From the NCBI GenBank assembly GCA_048772705.1, contig JBLWGC010000051.1:124001-188000 (forward strand): DNA of 64,000 nucleotides, written 5' to 3'. Origin of the DNA: Leidyana gryllorum EB-2025a. Lineage: Eukaryota; Protista; Apicomplexa. The notes beneath the pieces are model-generated. The model had not been told where the DNA came from. It saw only the letters and a program-made list of their open reading frames with translations, and ran no database searches. This document shows, piece by piece, positions 45,841 through 56,638 of this stretch (position 1 is the first letter of the stretch; the number at the start of each line of letters is the position of its first letter). The translations under genes were made by a program, and so were the position numbers.

Positions 45841-48838
45841 ATGAAACCAACTTCGCGTCTATTCGCTCAGTCTGTAGCCTCAGTCATCAAGGAGTCGTCA
45901 CGCGAGCCATTTAAACAGCTGCCAGGTGTGCTGATCATTCCCAAAGGTTTGTCAGAAGCCGTAAAACCCCCAACAACCACAACAACCACTCCTCCTGTGG
46001 TGACCCATGCTGGCTTCATCCGCCTCCCCGAGGGGATCGACCTGCGACGACGGAAGGGAGTCTTGAGCCCACCAAAGACTTCAACCACAGCAACCCCCTC
46101 TCCCACTGTGTCTTCTCACTCTCTCCATGTGAAGGCCCTACGTGGTCAACACTTGCAGGAGATCTACAAAAGGTTGGATTTATTGTCTGAGAAACTGGAG
46201 TCCAGGCGCAAAGGGCGCCAGTCAGATGAAGAATATATGAGAGCTCTGTTCTTGGTATTTGAGAGCCTCGGAGTTGCCTTGGAAGCATTCCATCGACTCC
46301 TCGCCGCCTCGTATCCCTTACACAGCAGAAAGGACTTGAGCATCATCTGTAGCACTATAGGCGAAGTATACCATATGCGCTGGACCATCCACCGGTTTGC
46401 ACTCTTAGTAGGGATCCCGCCAGAACAGAACGGAGTATCTGCACCGCATCTCGGGGCCTTTGATCCCGCCCTGCTGGCCTTCCGTAGTCCCACTTTTGAC
46501 TATCGCTATTCTCTCGATTGGACTTGGCTGGCTGCATATCTCAACCCCAAAAGCCCCATACCCCATCTTGGCCTGGCCAAATCCGCTTGCTTACCCGCCT
46601 TATTCGCCCCGGGGGCTCCTCACTTGTACAAAGGAGGCAATCTGGCAGCTTTCAGTTCCGACAGCCGCGCCGCCTACCGGTTGCTCGACGCAATTGGGGC
46701 ACTTACAGCCTCTGCGAGCCCCATGTTGTATCTGTGTGGCGCAGAATTCGAGTGTGGCGAACTTTGGGACTTACTCCCCACCCCCGCCCCTCTCATCGGC
46801 AGGACCCCTTTTTCTCCCGAGTTCTTCACTCCAACCAAAGTCATTGAGATGGCTACTATCCGCGACTCTGGTGAAGTGAAGCCGTGGAAGTTGGTTGCTA
46901 CCGCATTACGATCCAGTAGTCAGTACGATCCCCTCTTTGCTGTCTGGAATCTCTACAAAGGCCTCTTGATCTGTACAAACACAAAAGCGTCTCAAGAGTG
47001 TGTCCATCGTGATCAAATTGTGCTATTTCTCGGTGGTCTCTGCACTCGTGTTCGGGAACAAGAAAGGCCCACACCACTAGTCGAAGAACTCAAACACTAC
47101 AAGTCTTCCGTCTTGCCCAAAGACGAAGCACATGCTCGCTTCGTCACTTCGTAGGTCTCAGGCGGACAGCCAAACCAAACCCCTTAACAGGCTCCTCACC
47201 CTCTTGGGCATGCTAAGCTCGAGACTGAATCTGGATAGCTTCCCCAAAGCAGCGGCCGAAACCCTGGAGATGCTGCATCAATCCGTTGTTGGGGAACTCA
47301 ACGAAACAGAGGATAACGGTTGGCTGAATTTAGGTAATCCTCCACTCTTTCAAGACAACGGCCTACAATCACTCCGCAGCAATGGCCACCGTGGCTCTGG
47401 CGATTGATGCAGAGTTGGCAACTACGCCGACTTCAGTACTCCCGTTACCAGCAGCTTACATCTTCACCCGAATGTTACGCATCTTATGTCACCACATCGA
47501 GTGTGTGGCGTCTCCGATATTGGCCGTCTTGCCCTTGGCTTACACCTGGGTCAAAAACTCGAAATGGTTTGCCGCATCGGTGTGGCTGACTCCTCCTGAT
47601 CGAGTTGGAGGTGTTGAAATCTTGCCAATCGAGCACATTGAGGACAGCACGGTCGGGGCTGAGATCAACCGACTGCTTGTTGATCTCCGCAGACTCTGCG
47701 GCCGGTTGCTAACTTCTGTCACAGGAGGCGATATGCCCGACTTCACTCACGGACTCCATGACAAAGCACTGCCGGAAACCAGGTTCTGGTCACTTCCAGC
47801 CGCTCAGCCGAGCCTCTTGTCACGCTCACCATCGCTCAGTCTGCCTGGGGGAGACGTGAAACACGTGCATCGCCGAGTACGATCCGAGAGTTTATCAGAC
47901 TCCAAGAAGTCGGTGTCTCCACCGTACAACTTGGCGTCGGAGAATTCGTTGCCGGATGAGATTGAGATTGAGGGAATGGCCTTCCAGCTGGAATATGTGC
48001 CGCAGATCCGAAATGTTATGCCTTTGACTTGCGACTCCATTGGGGACATCATGTCGATCAGCTGTGTTCGATTGCGCCGTTTGATGGATGTGGTGGGAGT
48101 GGTCACCCGACAAAATACACCTGCCGTCAGAGCGCAAACACGTTCGGCAGGGACGAATCGCCGAGTGGCAAAGCGGAAGCTCCGTACTCATGGAGCGTAT
48201 GGTCTGCGGCATTCACTGCCGATACCTTATCCGGTGAAGAAAATCAACGTTAGTGAAGTGAAAGCCAAGAATTGTCCTCTCATCGTGATAGACGGGAGCA
48301 ATGTGGCAGTTACTCACGGATTTGCAACAACCAGACAGAAGGTGTTCTCAAGCACAGGCCTGAGATTGGCCCTGGACTATTATCTGCGAAAAGATTGTAC
48401 AGTTGTTGCTATTCTACCAGCATCAGTTTTGGATCAATCTACCGTGGAAGGTCTGGAGCGTGCCCGGAATATGCAACTGCAAGTCAATAGCACCAAGATG
48501 CCCCGAGACATGGATGTCATTTTATCCCTACACGCTCAAGGTAAGCTACCTCTCTCGTCGTCGTGGAGCAGCAGATCATTCGTTGTGTAGGACTGATTGA
48601 AAGTGTCCCCACGAGAGACTATGACGACAGTTATATCATCCAATATGCCATCTTGCGCAGTGCTTATATTGTCACGAATGATCAATATCGAGACCGGGTG
48701 AAGAAGGAGAGTGAGGTGCAGAACGCTCAAAAGATCCGTAATTGGCTCAAGTCCCATCTTATCACATATGCGTTTCTGGGGGGGACATTCGTGCCAAACC
48801 CTGACTTTGTCTATGCTCAAAGCAACGGACACAAGTAG
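45841..48838 (+). CDS. NYN/Zc3h12a-type ribonuclease with N-terminal EST1/TPR-like region (Smg6L-like)
   Basis: IVIDGSNVA..HG, YDD, IVTNDQYRD, ITYAFLGGTFVPNPD. Upstream IGEVYHMR...AAYLNPKSPIPHLGLA resembles the EST1 TPR. Internal introns near 47150 and 47330 were not fully resolved. Confidence 0.7.
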
Positions 48839-48943
48839 CACAATGAGAAACTCTGAGTGCCCAGGCCCAGGATGGGCTTTTCGAGGATAGCCGACCACGC
48901 GGCTGCAGAAGGGGTAAAAATTACCAACACCTAAATCGCGAGG

Positions 48944-50780
48944 ATGTTACCCCGACTTCGACCCTCTCCTCGACGGTCGCGTCTGGATAGTTTGCTTGCG
49001 GCGTCATTGACTACAAAGGCTGAATCATGGGGTCTGCAACCATTGGCAGCAGCTGACATTTTAGCTGAACCTCCCGAAGTCGCTATTGGAGTGGATACGG
49101 CCCTTAGAAGCGAGTGGAACGGTCTATTACAATATTCCAAAGATACAATGACCAAGCTGAAGAATCATCCTATTGAGAACCTGCTCCCAAAGAACATACG
49201 AAGGTTAATGCTCAGGATACCCCCAAATGTCCACGGGTTTGGGTCGATTGAGCCCCAACGCCTCGATATCACCAATGACCCCCATCTCCTCGCAATCCCA
49301 CCCACACGAGTCAAGGTCCCTCTACCCACTCTAAGGCAGGGCTGTTCCAGAAGTCAGGAGCTGCCACCCCTCTTCATCGCTGATGTTCCACGCTCCGTGC
49401 CAGCAGAAAGTCACAAGTCAATATTCGCCGCACTGTCCTTGGCACTCTATGACTCCGAGGACAGTGTCCCCGATATCGCCGCCAAACTCGGTGATCTCAT
49501 CACGTAAGCATTCTTGAAAACAGAATCACTCAATGAGGTTGAATGGCTGTACCTGCAGAACCGATCCTACTTGGACTCTGGTGGTCACAGACATCTTGCT
49601 GAACACCCAAGACAGTATGACCCGTGAACCGGACACGGAAAATGGGGAGGTGCGAAGCTTTGCATCGGCTTACGTAAGATATCAGGGCCGGAATCTGCAT
49701 CCGCACTGCAAAAGCTGTCCCTCAAGCGGAAACGGCCGCCAAGTAAACCCGCCCGCCAAACCACCGGCCGACCTCAGTCCACCGAATTGGGCACTGGGAT
49801 TCTGCTTTGATGGCCGAACTCGCTCAACGGTCACAGTGTACCATCGTCGATTTGTCAGTCGGTTTATGAGGGTAAGTTTCTGGGATCTCGGGGTTGAAAC
49901 CATCTCCTTTTGTCCCCGCAGGAAACGAGAAGAGCTACACATATGGCTGAGGTCATGCAGGTCTTACGTAGCCCACCCATGCGTCAGGCGGTCGTCCGCC
50001 TCCTGCGTACCAGAGACTCGGCTGTGGTGTCAGAGTTTTACAGCAAGTGCACAGCATTATTCCAGCAACTGGGATTGAACTTGAAATACGCGATGACGCC
50101 AGACGACTATAATGGGGTTATTCTGAATGTGGCGGAGAGGCAAAAGTACATTGATGATCTGTGGCAGAGCATCTGCTGCCAACCATCCAACTCTGTGATG
50201 GACCACCTGTTCGATAATCCTCAATCAGCGCACCTGGCCAGAATACTCCTACAAGCATATGCCTCTCGCGAAATACCACGCGCACTCTCCATGTGGTATC
50301 ATACTTCGTTACAACGTGTCAATAGGTGAGTCTGGGCTGTTGAGAAAGTAAAGTCGCTTTGTGATCAGAATGAGCCCGCATGAGCTTGGATTGTGGTTTT
50401 TGGGCCACTTGGCCGCTCAGAGGGAATGGAGATGCAACCGTGTGATTTATAGTATGCTTGCGGAAGCCGACAATGCCGTCATTGTTGCGCACCGGAACTT
50501 GGATGGTTACGCGGTATTCAAGCCCATGAACATGAACACCAAATCACCTGGCGGACTTGTAGTGGGGCAGATACAAGAGGGCACCAAGGTACGGAAATCC
50601 AAAGTTTACTCTGATGATTTTGCTTGATAGAATTCGGGGCCCAAGGCCATTCATCTCCAGTCCGGTGACAACAGAAGAATTCTAGGGGGGGGAATGACCA
50701 TTCACAGCCTAGAGAGGGACTTCGGCATGTCAATCAACTTGGCCCTAAGTGATTTTCCGTGGAAACGAGAGCGATCATAA
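48944..50780 (+). CDS. Hypothetical protein, possible split/inactive OTU-fold (multi-exon)
   Basis: SIFAALSLALYDSED and WFLGHLAAQREW...MLAEADNAVIVAH...AIHL weakly match the two halves of an OTU domain; spliced stop TAA at 50778-50780. Confidence 0.4.
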
Positions 50781-50792
50781 ATCATTTGCATC

Positions 50793-51649
50793 ATGTCGAA
50801 TAACGTATGGCTGACTGTGCTGTCAGCATTCAGTACGACGGCGGCATCGGAGATCGGCGATCGGAGCTTTTTCACGGCTACGATCCTGGCGTTACGATTT
50901 CCGAAATGGATAGTATTTGTGGCGACTTGTTCGGCTCTGTGTGTCCAAAGTCTGTGTGCAGCTACGGCAGGCAGCATTCTACAGCACTACGCCGTTCTAC
51001 ATAATCATCCGAAATGGGCGATTTGGTTCGCAGCCGTTCTGTTCGGCTTCTTTGCATTCCAACACGCGTATGAGGCGTTCGCGTGCTATCGACTAGCGCG
51101 AGAGCAAGGTGGCAGAGCGACGCCAGGACTACAGCCGCAGAGTGATTTTGGCGCACCACTCCTCCCATCGACTGGCCGTCAAACCTCCAGAAGGTCGAGT
51201 TGGGCCGAAGATCTGGAGACACAATTCACAACGGCGAGTGAGGAGGACGTGGGCGATATATCTAAGGCTGTATCTGAGGTACGTATGTGCTGGATGTGTG
51301 TGCGTGGACACTGAATGTGCAGCGTCTTGGCTTATGGAAAGCGTTCTGGCGAATCTTTACTCTAGTATATGTGGCTGAGATTGGTGACACCTCGATGTTT
51401 GTGACTGCCACCTTGGCCTCGGGCAAGTCGCCTATCGCGGTCTTCATAGGTAAGGCCCAAAGACGAAAAGGGTGGTGGTCAGATGTATGGATAATAGGAG
51501 CGAATTTGGCTAATGCGCTGGTGAACGGTTTGGGGATCTGGGCTGGTTCCGCGACCTCGAAGTACTTGTCACCGACAGCTGTAAACATTGTAGCATCTTT
51601 GTGCTTCGGTTCATTTTCTTGTGCCTCAATCCGAGAAGGGTTGGTGTGA
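50793..51649 (+). CDS. GDT1: GDT1/TMEM165 (UPF0016) Ca2+/Mn2+ transporter
   Basis: Two signature motifs, SEIGDRSF and AEIGDTSM, each followed by TM helices; two introns. Confidence 0.88.
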
Positions 51650-51706
51650 CGACTGTCCCAACATCTAGTAGTCCGATTGCATTTTTTGCGTCTGTAGTTT
51701 CCGCAG

Positions 51707-52775
51707 ATGCAGAACGACAAACCTCTTTATAGAATACTGGTAACCGGTGGAGCGGGTTTCATCGGTAGTCATCTGGTGAAACGATTATTGGACGCCGGTC
51801 ACGATGTGCTTTGTGCGGACAATTACTTGAGTGGGCCGAGATCGAACATCAGTGAATTCTCGCGCTATCCCAACTTTGAAGCCCTTCGAGTGGATGTTAC
51901 GCAGGACTTCAATGTCGAGTGCGATCAGATATATCACCTGGCGTGTCCAGCCTCGCCGGTGCACTATCAAAACAACGCTATCAAGACATTGAAAACAAAT
52001 GTCATCGGTACGATGAACGTACTGGGCATCGCTCGACGGACTGGGGCCCGCGTACTCTTGTCTTCCACCTCGGAAGTCTATGGAGACCCTAAGGAGCATC
52101 CTCAGAAGGAGACTTATTTTGGTAACGTGAACCCGTGTGGTGTCAGAAGTTGTTACGATGAGGGGAAACGAGCTGCCGAAGCGTTGTGCATGGACTATCA
52201 CCGTCAGCATGGAATTGATGTGCGGATCGCTCGGATCTTCAATACCTACGGACCCAACATGTCTGCCCAAGTAAGTTTTGTTTTACGATTCAGATTGATC
52301 ACTTCCCATTTTCCCAGGATGGCAGAGTGGTATCTAATTTTATTGTGCAAGCACTGAAGAACGAGCCTTTGACCGTTTACGGCACCGGGAGTCAGACTCG
52401 ATCATTTTGTTACGTTGACGATCTAGTTGAGGGACTAATTCGATTGATGGAGTGCGACTACGTGGGACCCGTGAATTTGGGAAATCCCACCGAGTACACT
52501 GTTCTACAATTAGCGACTGCTATTCGAGACGCGATCAATCCTACGCTGCCGATCGAGCACAAAAAGTGAGTTGGGTGCAAACGGTGGCGGTATAGAACGT
52601 GTTTCTCTGCAGATTGCCGGAAGATGATCCCGTTAAGAGACAACCTGACATTACTCTAGCAAAGCGACTACTCAATTGGGAGCCAAAAGTACCACTCCAG
52701 GAAGGTTTAGACCGAACTATCGAGTACTTCAAGACGACTTTGACGAACAACCCGCGGATGTCGGTGAGACTTTGA
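51707..52775 (+). CDS. UXS: UDP-glucuronate decarboxylase (UDP-xylose synthase), soluble type
   Basis: [68 protein letters not shown]; two introns. Confidence 0.95.
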
Positions 52776-52920
52776 AAGCTGCTGCCAACTTGTCAATCTA
52801 ACTCGCCTCCCTGTCAGTACACCGCCTGGGCGAAATTCAACACCAAGTATGAGGAGCAGATAGACACGACCGCAAGTACGCCATTGTTGTAGACTATTTA
52901 TTGTAAATCGGGACGGTAAA

Positions 52921-53253
52921 TTACTCATCTGCTGGACGGATTGGGCTGATTAGAGGGTTCATTTGCGCGAGATAGGCACTTATCCAGCTGCAGCCACGAG
53001 ATTATATGGGATGGACAAATGAACTTACAATAGCCACAAGCAAATTACACCAGTGGTAGTCAGCGTGATGATTAGCCTACACCGGCAGTTGTGCACAGCC
53101 AGCGTCCTTTACTCACTTTATGGCATCGCCCTTACGCATCGTAGGATATTCCCGCCCATATATTAACGTAAAGAGGACGCCGAACACCAGCCCCAGCCCC
53201 GCGAATATAGCGGAGCCTACAGCCATGGTAGTCTTCTGTTGATCCGTGGTCAT
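52921..53253 (-). CDS. VMA9: V-type ATPase V0 subunit e (3 exons; missed by ORF track)
   Basis: Spliced product MTTDQQKTTMAVGSAIFAGLGLVFGVLFTLIY...IKLIITLTTTGVICLWLFWISAYLAQMNPLISP; GTGAGT and GTAAGT donors. Confidence 0.88.
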
Positions 53254-53289
53254 GGGGATGTGCAGAAAAACGCAGTGTTTTCAGCTTAT

Positions 53290-54901
53290 ATGGTCGTCGA
53301 ACTTACTCCCACTGTTTATAGGATAGAGCGTGTCCCAACCCCGGCCGCAGACTCCTCTTATGTCAGGTACCCTGCTCTGAACGCGCCCCGCCTCGATGGG
53401 TGCAGAGGTGCAATGTCACCAATAAGCAACCGCAAGCTCGTGGATGAGGACTTTTGCCCACTGGGTATTGCTAATCTTGGCAACACTTGTTATATAAACT
53501 GTGCAATACAATGCCTCGCCGCTGCACAGGTATTTACAGCTGCCGACGTCACATCAATTGGCCTTAGGTGCTCCACATCGACACATTGCGTGCCGTCCCG
53601 GAAGGTGAATTGATGCCTCGCACCCGGAAACGCCTGTCCAAAGCAGATAGGGCGACCCCCTTTGCCGTTCTCCTCTCGCTATTTATCAAATTACTCGAAG
53701 TGAGTGCTTAGCACCTGTTACCAATCTATCTACGCGAGATCTCAGAACTTACGGAATCCCCGATTGTCCCATCCACCCCCATATATGCCTATTAAGGAAT
53801 TGAAGCGTCAGTTGGACGTATTGCTCCCCCGATTCGCCGATGGGGGCCAACATGATGCCCCCGAATTCTTGAATGCCTTCCTCACGCTTTTGTACGAACG
53901 GTTAAACTCGGAACGCCATAATCCGGCGACTGCTGTGGGTAGGAAGTCGCTCCAGTAAAATCGTCTCATTTGACCTTTCTCTTGTCACCACAGCAGAGGA
54001 GGACTTGCGGAGCAAAGACGTTCCGGACGAGCAACGAGAGGCCGAACTGGCACAAGAAGCATGGCGCAAGCTGAAGAAGGCTCACGGACATAAGCTTATG
54101 AGTGTCATTTATGTGAGAAAGAGTCAAAATTCGGCGAATCTAAACTGTGTAATCAACAGGGACTCCAGGGCTGCAAGACTCAATGTCGGAGATGTGGCGA
54201 ATTTTCTCTCAAGTGAGCCACGGTACACATCTCAGATCTTCAACATCTGATCTTTTGTTGCGACTCAATAGATTCGAGCCCTTTGCGCTCTTAAGCGTGC
54301 CGGTACTCGACGAGGAAACCCAGAGACCTATTCACTCCTTAGAAGACGCGCTGAGTGCCTATCTTGGAGCTGCAGAACTGACCAATGGGAATCAATGGCA
54401 GTGTCCCGCTTGCAAAAAGCCACGAGATGCTGTGCGGACAACCACTATATATCGCTATCCCCGGCTGCTGATGGTGCACTTACTTCGATTTCGGATACAG
54501 GAACTGACAATGCAGAAAGTCGACCACCTTGTGTCGCTAAATGTGGACCGCGAAACAGGCAATTTCATGGAAACCTTCCACAGACACAACAAATCAATCA
54601 AATACGAGCTGTTCGGCGTCATAAATCACGCAAGCATAAACAATGCAAGCAAATATGACACTGGACACTACACAGCCTGTTGTCGACTCCCCCGTGATAG
54701 GTGATGCTGCGCACGTTTCGACAATTTATTCACACTCAAACGTCCACCAGATGGTTCAGATTCGATGATCTCAAGGTCGAAGAGCTTCGGAATCCTGTTG
54801 CGAGCGTCCTCTCCAAAGATAACTATGTTTTGTTCTTCGAGAGGCTGAGGTCGTCCTCTCATCGTCGATCGCTGGTCGAAACCGATGATCCCTCCAGGTA
54901 G
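53290..54901 (+). CDS. Ubiquitin-specific protease (C19, USP2/8/21-like catalytic domain), multi-exon
   Basis: GIANLGNTCYINCAIQCL, QHDAPEFL, FEPF..LSVPV, CPACK, GVINH...GHYTA, WFRFDD, NYVLFFER. Confidence 0.9.
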
Positions 54902-55198
54902 GGGAAGCCTCTTCATTGCGGGTCCACCTGTCCTCTGCCATTTTGGGAAGGACGCTGTACGTCAAGGCACATCACACGGTGGAGAGCGGTGACAAGCTTC
55001 CCAGTAAACAGAGGCACATCTCTACCAGGTAGAGACACCCAATCATCCTCTGTTAGTAGTGATCGACGACCCAGCGTATCCACAAATTGGGGAGATATGG
55101 AGATTCTTCACGCCCTGCGTTGGGAAGAGCTGGACTGTCCTCGTCCACGAAATCCAAACACGCATCCCAGCACTTTCCCCCCGCCATCTGACAAGTGA

Positions 55199-55579
55199 TC
55201 ACTCTCCTAACGCTTGGTTGGGCTGTACTGTCTGTGATTCTGAAAGAGCAACGGCTACACCCAACGCTGCTTCGGCATTCCATATAGGCGGAAGCTGACG
55301 GTCCGCTGGAAACAAGACGTTCCTGACCTCAGGTCTGTATACGTCTTGATAGGCATAGGGGTAATAGGAGAATTCGTAGGTTACTATGTCAGGGACATAC
55401 GCGAATGGGTATCCAGCTGCTGGACCATAACGTACCAGCGGATTAAAGCTGCAAGACGTAGACAAGATCGGGCGATTCGCTCACCTGACTTGTTGGAGAG
55501 GGATACTAGGCCCTGCCGACGATAGAATCTGTGCAGACGCACATGTTGCAACCCCGAGTAGGTGCTTGGAAGCTTTCAT
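55199..55579 (-). CDS. Putative secreted Tyr/Pro-rich protein (3' end uncertain, may extend towards ~54915)
   Basis: MKASKHLLGVATCASA leader; a GTGAGC..TGCAG intron joins in frame to FNPLVRYGPAAGYPFAY...YYPYAYQDVY. Confidence 0.5.
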
Positions 55580-55633
55580 TGCCCGGCACTTGCACCTTCG
55601 CACACTCCAAACTTTCAAATCGGGGCTGCCACA

Positions 55634-56591
55634 ATGAGAACAGCATTCGCATATATCGCACTTCTTGCCGTGGGGTCGCAGGCAGCACCCCTCCCCAATG
55701 GCCCCCCAGGACACCAGGTGCGTACAAAAGGTTCTGCCAACAGATATGTGATCTAACAGCTGTGGATCAAAATCAATGAAGTAGAACATGCTGTTCCTCC
55801 CTACATGACGCCCGATCAGTTCTACAACATGATGACTGGCGGCCGCTCCCAAGAAGTTAGGCGCCCAGCCCAGCCTTATCGCACTGTACAGACCTTCAAC
55901 TTCCCCAGACCTGCTCCCCCTCCACCTCGTCCCATCCTCCCTGCTCAGCCCCAACCGTTCCACTCTCCGGTGCCTGTCAGCAGCTTCCACATCGGCTTCC
56001 AATCGGCTGCCCCGCCTCCTCCTCCTCCGCCAGTCCCGGTCCAGCGTTTCCAAGCGCCTACCAGACCCACTATCACGCTACCCACACCACCTATGTACCG
56101 ACAGCCTGCCTTTCCTCAACCCTTCCTGGGTCAACGAGTGAGTTCAAATTCAGATTTGCGATCGGATTATTGTTGTGTAGCAATGGGTTAAGGTTGCTGA
56201 AGGTACCCCACCAATTGAGGTCCCTGCTGGCGCCGACCCTCAGCAGTTCTTGGCGGGCATCAAAGCGTCCCGGGGCATCCGTTTCCTCAAGAAGAAGAAG
56301 GACGACAGCTCTAGTGCCATTGTGGTTGTACCTGCCCCTGCACCCGTTGTCGTTGCCGGTGCAGCTCCTGCCCCCCCTGCGCCGGCTCCGCCAATGATGC
56401 CATCCAAGGGATACCTGCCCCATGCACCTCTGCTGCCTCCAGTCCCCTATGGAACAAAAACTGTTTATGAAATGATGCCTGCTGCCAGCTTCATGCCTCT
56501 CGTTGGCCCCACCAAAGGCTTCGGTGGATTTGGAGGATACTCCGGCAAAGGCAGCATGATCGCAGCTCCATTCCATGGCAAGGGTTACTAG
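55634..56591 (+). CDS. Secreted proline-rich protein (3 exons)
   Basis: Signal peptide MRTAFAYIALLAVGSQA; introns after 55717 and ~56137; poly-Pro tracts, RFLKKKK, and KG(Y/F/S) repeats at the C-terminus. Confidence 0.75.
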
Positions 56592-56638
56592 ACAGCTAGA
56601 CTGGATATCGTTTTAATCGCATATTATCGCTTCACCAA

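Noticed and set aside
53064-53072. C-box-like GTGATGA suggesting a snoRNA
   Set aside because: No downstream D box, and it is simply antisense to exon 2 of the V-ATPase subunit e gene.
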